In this document: positions 14,378 to 28,129 of the stretch, one piece after another
Numbering within the stretch: position 1 is the stretch's first letter
Layout: the number at the start of each line of letters is the position of its first letter
From: Eledone cirrhosa
Taxonomy: Eukaryota
Reading direction: 5' to 3'
Assembly (NCBI GenBank): GCA_964016885.1
Contig: OZ024742.1
Span: forward strand, 215,326,001-215,390,000
DNA length: 64,000 nt
Made by a program: the position numbers and the translations under genes
Notes under the pieces: model-generated
What the model was told of the DNA's origin: nothing
The model's database searches: none
The model's input: only the letters and a program-made list of their open reading frames with translations

Positions 14378-14492
14378 TTTTATTGACCCCCGTAAGGATG
14401 GAAGGCAAAGTTAACCTCGGCGGGATTTGAACTCAGATCGTAAAGGCCCGTAACTCCATGCTGCAAGGCATGGCGTACAACCCTCTACCGAT
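14378..14492 (-). mobile_element. tRNA-derived SINE, 3'-truncated
   Basis: gacccccgtaaggatggaaggcaaagttaacctcggcgggatttgaactcag matches the family. Confidence 0.8.
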
Positions 14493-14639
14493 AAACAATA
14501 ATAATATGTAATTCCCAAATTTCCTCTCTGTAGTAGGACCAATCCTTGGATCTAGCATTCGTCCATGTAGAATGCAGGTTGTTTTAAAAAGCTATTATTG
14601 ATGTTAAGATTAATTTTTTTGCAGAGTGAAAGCAGCTTA

Positions 14640-16325
14640 ACTCCATGACGTCCTTCCGTTTAATAGAGTTAATGAAGATGTAATATCATCTATTCCTGGA
14701 AGGTCGGAGATACCCTGATTGGATCAAGTTCAAGCCGCTATCAAGCAACTGCCACTTAATAAATCTCCTGGTAAAGATGGCATCCCATATAAAATGTTCA
14801 AATATGGTAATTCAAAACTGGTGTTTGAGATTCTTCCGCTCTTCCTTAAAATCTGGAAGGTCGAACATGTCCCTGAAAACTTCAGTGATGCATCGATAAT
14901 CCATCTCTTAAAGAGTAAAGGTAAAAAGTTTGTCTCTGACAATTCTCGCAGCATCTCCCGACTTTGTATTGCTGGCAAGGTACTTGGTCGTGACTTTCTC
15001 AACAGAATTACATCCATATTTGTTGATTATACCTACCCTGAAAATGAATGTGCTTTCCGCACATGCCGGTGTACTACTCACATGATTTTGTCCCTGCGCA
15101 GGTTGCAAAGAAGGTTCGTGAAAAGAATCGGGAACTGTTGATTGTTTTTGTCGACATAACCAAAGCCTTTGACACTGTCAATCGCAAATCTCTCAGGAAA
15201 ATCCTCAAAACGCATGGCATACGTGATAATATGCTGAATGTTATCATATATTTTCATGAAGGCATGATGGCATCAGTTATGTCAAATGGTGAATGATCTG
15301 AACCTTTTGGTATCATAACAGTACGAAGCAGGGAGTTGTCAAGGTTCATGTTCTGTTTGCTTTGTTCTTCTCTGCAAGGATCCAATGTACATTTGGCGAC
15401 TTAGACACTGGTGTCAGATTTGGATTCCGTACATCAGGTGGGTTCCTCAACCGTCAACGCTTCAGAGCTAAAATAGTTACACGATTAAACGGTATCGTTT
15501 GCTGATAATGGTGCACTTGTTGCCACATCAGCTTAGGAGGTACAAGATAGCGAACCACCTGTAAAGCATTAAGCATAATGATCAGCATTGAGAGGAGTGG
15601 GGTTGTACACGTAGAAAAGTCTGATTGCAAGGATCTGAAGTATTACATTTTTTTTATTTACCTTGGCATCAAACTGAACCGTTCTGCATCATTGTATATT
15701 GAGAGTTAATTGCAACTCTAAAGCAACTGAAAACTTTGCAAACTACACCATCATCTATGAGGTGTCAAATGTATATCGCTGAAAACGAAAGTTGCAGTTT
15801 AGTGTGCAGTGGTACAGTGTTACTTATAAAGCTCGGATCCATGGACAGTTTATCGCACCCATATTCATAAGCTTGAAGCCTTCCACAAACATTGTCTTCT
15901 CTCTATCTGTGGTTATGCACTTTCTGACAGAATGTTCAATGCCGATCGCTTCACAAAGTGCAACATCTAATGCAATCATAACTCAGATGAGATGGTAGAT
16001 GAGCTGGTCAATCAACTTCATAATACTACACGTAATGTAGGCAGATCATTACTCAGTTATGAAGAAATCTAAAATAAAATCTTAAATCTGTGAACATACC
16101 TCTTACTTCTTTTAAGTGCCTTGCTGTTGGCAGTAGAAAATGACAAACTGTCTGCAATGAAGGAATAAATCTTTAAAGAATCTCGCCTCGTCGATTTTCA
16201 TATACTAAGATCCGATCAAACATTCCATCCTGTTTCTTTCAAATCCTTTTCTCTGCACTAAATATTGTTTGTTGTGTAAATCAGCAGCTGGACTAAAGTG
16301 CCACTTCAGCCATAAGCATCAATAT
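14640..16325 (+). mobile_element. RTE-clade LINE, decayed RT to 3' end
   Basis: KSPGKDGIP, DASIIHLLKSKG, IVFVDITKAFDTVNR, FHEGM, KQG, FADN; C-terminal CKSAAGLKCH. Confidence 0.9.
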
Positions 16326-17316
16326 TGACCTGAGAACACTGTTGAAGCCTCACACACCGATATAAGACTGTTATGTCTATCACACACACACACACATAAA
16401 CACACACACACACATAAACACACACACACACATAAACACACACACAAATATATATAGTGGCGTTTTAGTGCTTCGATGGAATTACCTATGGCCAGCAATA
16501 CCATGTATTGCAAAAATATCATATATCAAGATGTGTGCTTGAAGCTTTTTTAAGTGTAATGAAAGGCTTTGCACGGAGCCAATCCTACTCTTTGAACATC
16601 AAATATATTTGACCCCAAAGAAAAACTGGTCTACATCATTGGTTGCAAATGGGGTTTCAGGTTTTATATAAGAGTGACCTTCTCCTAGAGAGATATCTTA
16701 ATGAAGACTATGAGTATCCCGCTCCACAATACTTTATTGGATGGTCGTCGACTCTCTTGAGTTACTACTTCATACATACATATATGTGTGTGTCTGTGTG
16801 ACTGTATGCAAATTTATGTGTGTGCGTAGTCAAATTTACCTGGTTTTAAGCGACTATCCGTGTTTAGGTGTAGGTTAATGATATATCGTCCAATTTTACT
16901 CAAATATAATTCAATTTTCATTTGTAGTCATATCTGCTTTGTTGTTGAACGTGTATGTTTAACGAGATAACAAAAAAAATAGTACATCAGCTGGCGTAAA
17001 AATCAAACCAACCATATTCAATAGTTTGGTGTTGAGAAATTCATGTTTTCTAATTATACTTGTTTCGATAATATATTTTTGTTTAATGACAAATCTAATA
17101 TAGAGATAATTGGATATTTTAAATCGATATTATTATGATTAGGACAGGGTTCTACCTATGCAATGTGTGTCTGTCAAGACGCTCATTCACACGCGTACAA
17201 ATAGATGAACGGCCCATTTGCACTATCACACACACCTTCATACAGGTATTTATATATTTGTCTGAGTGCATATGTCGATATATAAAAAAGCCTATCCAAA
17301 GTTAATTATGTATGTA

Positions 17317-17560
<244 letters not shown>

Positions 17561-18124
17561 TAACTGATTTTTATAACACAGCTGGTAGTGAAGCTTTCAT
17601 TTAACAACAATATGATTTGTTATTTAAAAAATTAAGCAATGAATGGTCAATTTGTTTTGCGTAAATGCAATTGATATTCACAGCCGGAGTATCTTCAAAC
17701 ATTCTGAACTCAACTTCAGGCTATGTTTCATCAAAACCTAAAATATGTTTAAGAATAACCCTTGGATAGAAGAAAATAATTTTTCTCAAAGATTTATTTA
17801 TTTCTCACTGTGATTTGGTTTCGAACTCAATGCGCAGCAAGATATGTCTGTTGCTTTCTTTCGTAGACTGTTACTATGTGGAAGTCAATCTAAGGGACTA
17901 TTTTATTGAAACATCAGAAGCAGATTTCCTCATAATTTAATTGGCATCTATACCGTCACCTCTCTCACTTTGCTTAAAAATAAAGTTGTAGACAGCTCAA
18001 AATATTATTTCATCAAAGACGATCTGATGTTCATATATGTTTGCTTGGAAATTGCAACGATATTAAGTAACGTCTAATTTTGAATATTTATTCATAATTT
18101 CCATTATAGCTTAGAAAATAAGAC

Positions 18125-18335
18125 TGGCAGATTGGCAGAAGTGTTTGCGTATCGGGAAAAATGATTTGTAATATACAATCTAGCTCTCTGCATTTTGAGT
18201 TCAAATTCCGCTACATTCAAATTAGTCTTCCTGGATAACAAAATGAAAGTACCAATCAATTCTTGGAGTCGAATTAAACCACTGCCCGTCTCGGAAAACA
18301 TTATTGTCTTTGTGTCATAATTGGAAATAATTATT
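18125..18335 (+). mobile_element. Degenerate tRNA-derived SINE
   Basis: ttggcagaagtg A-box-like, gagttcaaattccg B-box, aaaatgaaagtacc, ttgtgtcataattggaaataatt. Confidence 0.55.
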
Positions 18336-18977
18336 ACTGATAGAACAAATGATATATTCTATTTAACATATTAAATGTGCAGTGCAATGCAGTGCAGTGC
18401 AGTGCAGTGTGTAAACATTTGAGTGAACAATTTTACATTTTAATTTCGTTTTCAGGTTTATCCTTTCACATTAGTTATGGAATAGGCGGAATGTACACAC
18501 AGGCACATAAATTGTGTGTAAACCATTCAACATATTACTCAAAACTGTAGTGATGTAGCTGTTGATATATTTTAAGTTTAGTTTGAATCAGCCCAATGAC
18601 TAGACAAAAACCTGATATGAATCGAATATATTCAAATTTGAATGTATTGTTCAACAGAATCTTTATACGAAAAGGTTTCTCACACTCACTCACAGAGAAA
18701 GAAATACTCCTGCATATCTTTATAATACTGCAGAAAATGTGACAGATTATCTAGTCACATTTGTCCTTCCGATTTTACTGGAGGCGAGTACATATTTCCT
18801 ATGTTAGTATGAAAATATTACGAGCATTTCTTCAATAATGCAATCATATTAGTGTACATATACCACTGCATTAACACATATATATATATATATATATATA
18901 TGTCGTAAGCTGTACAATCTATAGATCACACACATACAATTATAGACTATCTCTAATTATAGACTATCTCTATATAC

Positions 18978-19074
<97 letters not shown>

Positions 19075-19131
19075 TATATAGATATCAAAATAAAGATCCG
19101 AAGGCATGGTATAAATTTCCAATCATTTTAA

Positions 19132-19203
19132 TCACGACACGTTTCAATAAGAGATAGATTGATCGTGCGGCCATGATCGATTATCACTGATCTCGTCAGG
19201 TGA
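19132..19203 (-). ncRNA. Type I hammerhead ribozyme, long stem II
   Basis: Reverse complement reads tcac-CTGACGA-gat...att-GAAA-CGTG-TC-gtga; GUC triplet, stem I tcac/gtga. Confidence 0.8.
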
Positions 19204-19886
19204 AAATGAATTGTCTTTAAATCCTTGATATGAGGGAGAAAACTTAACGATATTCACTCACTAGAGTTTTGTCTGCCATATGAAGATTAAGCAGCCAAAA
19301 CACGCCGACTGCTATCGGCCTTAGTTAGGGTCATAAAACTATCAAATCTCTATCTCTCAATAGCTGTAAAAGACGCTGGACGGGTCTAATCTCAACATCA
19401 AAGCTTTAGAATGACAGTCGGTCACAGTTAGTGTGAGTGATTACACACACACTCACACATACCGACACGAGGTTGAAGAAAAAAATAAATAAATATACCT
19501 ACATAGTATTCACCGAAAGTTAGTTTACAAAACAACAAATGTTATATTGGTCCATTCTCAGTTTGACAATGTAAATCGGAGAAATTGGGTCAACCGCAAC
19601 CCTATACACATGCAAGTAAATTCAGTTCAATGTTCTGGTATACGTGTATCGATTCAATTGTAAATAGTGTATGTTTTGGTATATACAATCCGCATCCTCT
19701 AATAGAGTGTATGTTTTGGTATAACAGGCCTATTCATGTTGACATTATATATATACTCCAAGATAATAATAAATATAGTTTCCATTTATTATTATCTTGG
19801 AATATTTACTCCAGTAACTTGTTGAGTGCTTTATATCAGTTATAAACATTTATGTTTGTCGGAATTCCAACAAATTAAATACAACT

Positions 19887-19936
<50 letters not shown>

Positions 19937-20028
19937 GTCAACATGAATAGGCCTGTTATTTTTATCTAAAGACATTTTTTCGAATTGCAACCTGCCCGTC
20001 CCTTCAATCTATCTTATTTCTCATTCTT

Positions 20029-20065
20029 TCTTCTGATGAAGGACTGACATCCGAAACTTCATGAA
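20029..20065 (+). ncRNA. Minimal hammerhead-like motif (degenerate stem III)
   Basis: CTGATGA-a-gga-ctgaca-tcc-GAAAC; a more decayed copy lies at about 8772-8795. Confidence 0.5.
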
Positions 20066-21057
20066 CTTCTTCCTGCCATTTTAAGCGTTAACCTAATGCA
20101 TTCCTTCCCTATACTCTACCGATTGTGTTGGTATTTCTGTTTACCTTTTACATACATAAACACACACAGACACACACACACGAACACATACACACACACG
20201 CACACACACACACACATATATACATGCACATATATATATAGTGGTGTATATATATATATAGAGAGAGACTTGTCTATAATATATATATATGTATATATAG
20301 GCTTGTCTATAATCAAGAGTGCGTTAGGTTTATATACATATATTCATGTGTGGAATAGACAGCTTACTGGATTCGTGGATTGATAATCATATAATTTTTT
20401 CTCCTTTAAGCTAATTTCCTGAACAAAAAAAAAGAAAGAAGCAGCCTCACAAAATAAATTACAGAAAATGTATTTCTTGTGTACCTACAAAAAGATAAAT
20501 ATAGCAGTGTAAATCTACAGATTAAATTTTGTATAACTGATTTATGAGTTAATATTTTCTCCAGCTGGGTACACTAGCGCTTGACTGGTCGTGATGTTAA
20601 ATAAAGTGGCAATTGTCACGTAGCAGCCAAGTCAGAGACAAAAGTACTGGATTGAATGCTGCCAAAACCATATTAACAAGCACGTATTAGACCAAACAAT
20701 CTTTCGTCAGAACGAAGCAAATATTTTTGCACGTCCGTTCTAATGTTTAATAATGTTTAATATGAATTAGTCTAAATTAGTCGAAAGCCAACTATTGTTT
20801 TTATAAAGAAATTAGTACAATAATGATAACATAATTGTTTATTACACTAAGTTTAGCGACGAATAAATTATAGAAATGTGAAATAAAAGGCAAATATCAT
20901 AACAAAAATGAATGCAAACGATGCAAATAATTATTTTTAAAAAGGAATTTGCGTACTATATTTCACTCTATCTAGTCCTACTCTTTCCATCTCTCCCTAT
21001 ACACACACACACACACACACACAGACCCTCACACACGTATATATATATATACATATA

Positions 21058-21171
21058 ATTGTTTCTACTTTTGGCACAAGGCCAGCAATTACCAGTACAT
21101 TACTGGTACTTTATTTTATCGACCCCATAAGTATGAAAGGCAAAGTTAACCTCGATGGGATTTGAACTTAG
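21058..21171 (-). mobile_element. tRNA-derived SINE, 3' half
   Basis: Family sequence match. Confidence 0.8.
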
Positions 21172-21417
21172 ACAATATATAATGAAGGAAGTTCAGACGT
21201 AAAAATAAGTGCAATTATATTCAGTTACTATAAAAGCAGATATGTTCTAGGTGTGAGTTTCCTACATTTTATAAATATATTTTCTTCGGCATTTAGTACG
21301 TTCGAAAATTTGGGCTTCACACATAATGTTTTTTTCTATATAGTTCAAAGAAACGACGAAACAGTGATACAAAAAGTATTATTAGTTTCACACCTTATAT
21401 GGAAGAGGGATAAGATA

Positions 21418-21453
21418 GTTCGACGTGTCGGGCTTTAGCCCTTCTTCAGGAGT
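21418..21453 (-). ncRNA. Minimal PLE-type hammerhead with GAAA>GACA change
   Basis: Reverse complement actc-CTGAAGA-a-gggc-taaa-gccc-GACA-CGTC; downstream of a Penelope RT on the same strand. Confidence 0.6.
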
Positions 21454-21527
21454 ACAAAAATAGAGACAGGATCACAAAGGATAGGTGCATAAAATTAAAG
21501 GTAAATAGAAATGAAAAAAATAGAAAA

Positions 21528-21675
21528 TAATTGTTTCTACATTTGACACAAGGCCAGCAATAATCACAGTGCATTACTGGTGATTTATTTTATCGACCCC
21601 ATAAGGATGAAAGGCAGAGTTAACCTTTGCACTTATTTGAACTCAGATGATAATGGTGTCCGACCATCTACCGAT
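21528..21675 (-). mobile_element. tRNA-derived SINE inserted in the PLE remnant
   Basis: Family sequence match. Confidence 0.8.
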
Positions 21676-21689
21676 AGAGAGTAAGCAAG

Positions 21690-22420
21690 AGAAACCATTA
21701 GGTGCTCTTGGCAATGTAAATTGGAACTCTAAGTGAAATGTGTATGTATTTGTGTTGATAGTATGTGTGAGTGTATGTGTGACAAGGGTGATGGCGGCTT
21801 GGATCAAGGTAAGGCATGTCCATGTCTAGTGAAAGTCTGACCATGTAATGATAGTGAAACACAAAATCATCAGTTCGATTACACAGGCGACGTAGATGGA
21901 GGAATAGGGAATATGGGATAGAGTGTCTGGTGTGGGTGGTGTGGGAAGAGGTGAAGTCGATGTAGGCATGGGAGTCCGAGGGCTTTAAGAAGGTGGAAGT
22001 TATGAGTGATTGATTGGATTGTTCAATGGATACAGAGATGTGAGGAAGTTGACAACAGAAATAATAGAAAAAAAGGAGTCGAGATAGGAATCGAGATCGA
22101 CAAAAAGGAGTCGAGCTGGGTTTAGGTGAGAGACCTGGTGCCAGAACAGTCATCATTGTAACGACCGTAGAGCTGGAGGGTTGGCCGGGGTATTAAGAAA
22201 AGACGTGTCGCAAGATAGCTGAAAAATATGTTGGTGTAGCTGGGGCCCATTTTTGTACCTATGACCACATACAACATCTGCTGGTAAATCTCATCCGAGA
22301 AGGAGAAATAGTTGAGAGAAAAGACCAATTCGGCTAGGTGAATAAGGGTGGAGTTGGAAGGTTGAGGGGATATACATACGACTGTACATTCAAGGGTGAG
22401 GGGATATTCTAAAGCCTGTA
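21690..22420 (-). mobile_element. Penelope-like element reverse transcriptase remnant
   Basis: LAELVFSLNYFSF...GTKMGPSYTNIF...YGRYNDDC and KPSDSHAYIDFTSSH..SIPYSLFLHLRRLC are PLE RT core and thumb motifs. Confidence 0.9.
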
Positions 22421-24871
22421 CAATTCGATAGAAATATATAAAGGGCAAAGGAAGACGAATAAAACTAAACAAATGAATGTTTTACCCTGTATATTAATTT
22501 ATCTAGAACTTTCATCTCATTTGTGACATCATGTTTCATAGCTTATTTTCTGCACATGGAACTCCAAACATTTTACACAAGCTCCAGTGCAACGTGGTAG
22601 CTACCTTATGAAGTCTGCCTTTTTAATAATCGTTCTGGTTATTTATTTATAATGCTTCCATGCATTTTAATTCATTTACCATAACATTTCTTTCTGCTGA
22701 AAGTAAGATTTGTTGATGTTACTATGTTTTGTTGCTATTATACGAAGAAATAGTATCGCATAATATCTCCTGCATGTCCCCTATATGTAGGGATATACAT
22801 CTATTATTCTTATTTTTTATCTTCTTGCATTCCTAATAAATTATTTTCAATAAAGCTACACGAAAAACATTCGGCGTTTTCAAAGATAACATAAGATAGA
22901 TATTTCTTGCTGGGAGAATGATGGCTAAATGTATCCATTTTAACACCACCACACTGCGCATAGATACTTTAGCGAAGTATAATCTGTTAACATCCTCTCA
23001 ACTAGGTCTCCAGTTTGAAGATACCTTGCTCATTTCATTCCCTATCCACTAATATAGGGTTTCCTAAAAAGTGTTATGGACTACTTTACTATTTTTGACG
23101 AAGCCATAAATAAATAAACATTACCAGCTTCCCTTTGCTCAGCACAACGTTAACGATCTTGTACACGCGTCATAATTACATCACGAATTCAGAACTTTCA
23201 TTTTACTGATGCGTATGGTAGTATTTATACTTGTATCACGAAGAATAATAAAGATAAAAATGTTTAGAACATTGTGCCGAGAAGAGAAAATGCTAAGATC
23301 GAAGCAGATCTTTATAATAGATTAAAATAACCATTCTTTGCAAGACGCAAACTGTTGTCGGGAAGGAACTATGTTTAAACTAAATTTAGTGACCTTCAAA
23401 AGAAATTTAAACTCTAAAATCGTCGATTGATATTATACGCTGAAGCCATTTTCGGGTATATACTGTCAAATGTAGATCAATTGAAACCATACAATGATGT
23501 CGATAATCGATATTTGGTAAAAGTACTAAAACCACGTCACTTTCGCTCTCATCTTCAAAGGAAGACGAATGATTGTTCCATCATAGGAAACTTTCTCTTT
23601 ATACTACATAGTTTTATTCTTACGAAAATGAGACGCGTTGCCTTCCATCGAGCGAACACCAGTAAAAAGAGATTCGGTCATGAAGCTTTTAATAAATTTC
23701 CAGACTTTATTTGTATGCATAACGTTTTTGCGGAGCCATTCCACAGATGTTTCCCCTGATCATTTTTGGGACACACATAATCATTGCAATATGTTTCCTC
23801 TTTCGAATATCTTAATACTATTTTAGTCTAGCTTGATTTGTTACGTGAATACGCGCCGCTGAAAATACCTAATATTACCAAAACAAGCCCTTTGGATTCA
23901 CCAATTAGGTTTATAGAAACATAAACACTTATTTTATTTTCAAAATATGTTCCAGAAGAATTAGATAAGCCAAAACCCAGGAATGTTCTTTTCTTGCTTT
24001 GCATCACCTGAACGTTCTAAATGGGTGTTTAGTAAATACTAGGAGAGACTCAGTTGATTGAATGTTTTCTGACTTGGCATTTTATGACTGCTGTATTATG
24101 TTTGTATGTATATATCAGACGAATTTGTATTCGTAAATGGTTTTCAACGTTTCTACAATTGTATACCGCAGATGAAGAGAAAACATATTGAACCAATATC
24201 ACTCAGAAAGAAACTGAGTTGAGAAATATGCAATCCAGCAAATTCCCTGAACTTTTCGTGAGAGTGAAGATTATAGTCTAAACTAAACATTTGTCTGCTA
24301 GCCAGGGCCTATAAAAGAATGGTAACATTTGGAGTTAAAGTAACCAATATTACTTAGATGGATTATACACTTAAGTCTATCATGCTATTAGAATCTTCCA
24401 GGAGATATATTTTGATAGTGGTTTCCGTTACAAAATTCGCTGGTTTTTAATCTCCTAGTCCCTGTAATTAAATAGAACGATAATGATGATCGTTACTATT
24501 GTTATTTATATTATTTATATTATATTTATCATTGATATTTATATGTGCGATGAATGACACAATTGGTAGAGCCACAATCTTAATTTATATTGGCGTTCAT
24601 TTACACTGCCTTATAAATTCAAAACTAACCTCAGTCGAAATTATATTTCAATATTCCCGATTGATAAATTTAGTTATATTAACAAAGCCCCGTCGTCAAA
24701 ATAATAGAACTATGTCAGTTATATTACAGGATCGGTGTGTTACAGTAATTTTGACGGAGTGAACAAAATGCTTTGGGGTATTGGCACGAGACCCATAACC
24801 ATTGTTAATGGAATACTCAAATAAATTGAGTAAAAGAGAAAACTGGTCATATTTTATTTTATTGATAGCAA

Positions 24872-25062
24872 GGGCGGTGGATTGGCAGTATCGGTAAAGG
24901 GTCGGACGCCATACTTTGAAACATAGTGTTACGGCCCTTGCCATTCTGAGTTCAAATCCCGCCGGGGTTAACTTTGCCTTTCCTCCTTACGGGGTCGATA
25001 AAATAAAGTACCAGTAATGCACTGGGTAATTGCTGGCCTTGTGCCACAAGTAGAAACAATTA
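24872..25062 (+). mobile_element. Full-length tRNA-derived SINE
   Basis: A box tggcagtatcgg, B box gagttcaaatcc, central domain and 3' ggccttgtgccacaagtagaaacaatta. Confidence 0.9.
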
Positions 25063-25071
25063 TTTTATTGA

Positions 25072-25255
25072 TAGCAGACTGGCAGTATTATTAGAGCACC
25101 AGACAACATGCTTTTCAGCATAGAGTTATTGTCCTTTATGTTCTGTATTAAAATTCCGCCGAGGTTAGCTCTGCCTTTCATTCTTATGTGCGTCTATGAA
25201 CTAAAGTAATGCACTGGGATAATTTCTGGCCTTGTGCCAAAAGTAGAAATGTTAT
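25072..25255 (+). mobile_element. Second, older SINE copy in tandem
   Basis: tggcagtatta...gccgaggttagctctgcctttcatt...ggccttgtgccaaaagtagaaa. Confidence 0.75.
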
Positions 25256-28129
25256 TGAAAACGATGGATATAATGAAGGAGTTGAGATGCGAAATCAAAT
25301 GAAATCGTGTCAATCATTTTATATTTCAATTTACGGTTCCTGCTACAACACTTCTTTAGCTTATATCTGATAGAAAGTCAGACATCTATAAGGACGCAAC
25401 TTGCTCATTAATGTACATTTGTATATTTATCATCAAATTTTCCAGAATGCATGGAACTTTCTTAAACCCTTGTACACGGAATCTGTATCGACGCTGGAAT
25501 ATTTCAATTTTCTTTCCCATATGAATTACTAAGTATAACCGGAAACTAATTCAACTCACAACAAAAGGCGACAAAACTCTATACTCAATTACTTTTAACA
25601 GAGCACTTTATTCACTCAAGCAACTTAAGACATGACAACCGTTCAATATTCTATTAATCTAATTATATTCCGAGCCTTAACTACTGGGAGTGAAATAAAT
25701 GAATTTCCTAGATATGTTTCATGAATATCCATTATGAAATTTGCAACAGGAAACATAGTAAAGGCTAATGAGATTTAAGAGCTATTTATTTCCTAATTGT
25801 TTTAATTTTGATAAGATTGTTTGTCATATGTGAAGTTACTGAAAGTATCATGGATGATGGAATACGAGACCATAATAGTTGCCAGCAGGGAGTCGTGAAA
25901 TCTTCCTTGAAGTATAAGAATATAGTATAGAAGAAAATGCTAACGTTACGAATAAGGAATAATATAAGTCTATGAAGGAGAAATAAAAAGGTTAAGCAAT
26001 AGAAATAAGAAATGCGCAAGAGAAAAATGGCAACCACAAGGATACGATGGATGGTGGTGATGTAGTTTAGAACAATTGATTCACGTTGTGTAATGCTTTT
26101 TTTACATCTATAGAATAGATGTTAAAATTCAATATTGCCACCGCCATTTACAATTGTAGCTTTAAATTTGGAAACATGAGCAGGACTAATAACATGTGTT
26201 TTTCTTACTCAAACATTCAGCATTTTCAACTTTTATTCTATTTAATTTCAATAACGTGTGACACGTAGATTTATCAAATTTTGATAACAACAAACATATT
26301 TCCTTTAGGGGGAATAAAATGCTTTAGTTTTAGACATTTTTGACAACCAACTATATATATATATTTTTCTACATAAAAGGTTCAACTCTGTAGTTTACTG
26401 ATAAAGATCAAATATAAAGAACAGTAGGTTTCGTCAATAAAATTTGCAGCTGTTGCGCTTTCGTTTTGATGTGTTTTCCTTTTAGTACTGTATACAGCTA
26501 TAGGTAAAACGCCTTAAAAATTCAAGTTTTGCAAGTAATATCGAAGTCGGATCTTAGTAGACTGATTTAAACACATATTCTACATCGAATCCTTCATACA
26601 GATTACTGTAATAATCGAGCGAAATATTCCTGTTTCATTTTCCGAACCTAAACTTTTGGGTTCGCAGTAAACAACTCACTATTTTTTTCAGGTATTTATT
26701 TCTATATAAGTTTTGCATGTTTGCTTGTTATTGTATATTATATAAATTGCTTTTATATCCTTTTCAATCTGGCAATAGAATACTAGTCTTTAGTATGTGT
26801 GTCAAGCATGTCGGATTGTAATATTTGACTTGAAGAGGTAACAAAATGTTCCATCATTGAAAAGACATATAGACTATGAAACGTACATATTTATGTGTTC
26901 CATAAAGCTCGGGGGCATTCAGATTATTTCATTTACACACATCAGACAGGCATTGATAATGTGCTGAACATTATTACAGTACACTCACATCTTATTGGCA
27001 TTGGGGTTGTGGACGTAGTACTTATTTTACACCAAAATATCGACAGGGTTCTCGCTCACTGACTGATTAGAAAATTTCAATTACAAATAATAGCCAATAT
27101 TTTAGAGATACTACAGCTCATTGTAAATATTGGTGTCTTACGCAGTCGCATCACCACAAAATAATTATATGTTCCATATTACTTCGTATTCGATCATGAA
27201 AGGATGAAATTGAATGTCGAATCGACCTGTCCTGAAAACAAATCGTACAGAGAAGTAATGAAATGCCGCAAATATTCCGTCCAATATATATATTCCGTTG
27301 AATATTCCGTCCAAGACACATAAGTATTTTTATTTTAAATTCAATGTCATGCATTTGTGGAAAATGCATAGCTGATTATATGGCTCTTGGTACATGACTG
27401 ATATTTATGCCAACTGCTCCTTGAAGCTGATTTAATCATAACTATATAACTATGTATCCATAACACATCTATTCGCTCTAGCTGATTGAATTGAAACATG
27501 TGAGCTATATAAAAGGCTGTTCCTTCCCTTTACTGGCATGTAATATTTTGGATCATTCTCTTTTTATTTATATCATCTATTAATGAGTAATCTAATGTAA
27601 TCTGCAATAATATCTTAATGGCTATTTTGCATAAATAACCTATAGAAATTAAGCAGATTTACTAATTATCAAAGGGCACAAGGGAGTAATTGAATACTCT
27701 ACAGACACTTATCAATAACTAAGAAGTCGGGCACTCGACACATAAACGAAACAGTCATAAATATTAATTATCATACAAATCTCAGATATTACTGATGATA
27801 CTAATATTATGCAAATCTGAAAACTTTTGAGAAATATCAGCTGAAAATCAGATCTCAAAGAGATTAGGCAAGTGAAGTACTATACATCTTCGTCTGATAA
27901 TCTGGCTATTACTGCATTACTGCATTGGTATTCTTTAGTCAACAACTCTGTCAGTGTCAACACAGTGTTACTCTAGATAATAAGATTTCATGTTTAACGC
28001 AATGAAGGTTAGTTAACAATTAAAAGTTCTAATGCGCATATGTTGCGACAGATCAAAGCAAAAAGACAAACAACAAAAATTCATGGTAATAATATAAAAT
28101 GTATTGTTGCTGTTGTTGTTGTTGTTTTT

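Noticed and set aside
26990-27150. Possible CR1-like RT remnant; mariner-like ends at about 23680-23780 and 25440-25475
   Set aside because: Too decayed to support without a search
27793-27830. CTGATGA cores here and at about 1862, 8453 and 45601
   Set aside because: No supporting stems I-III
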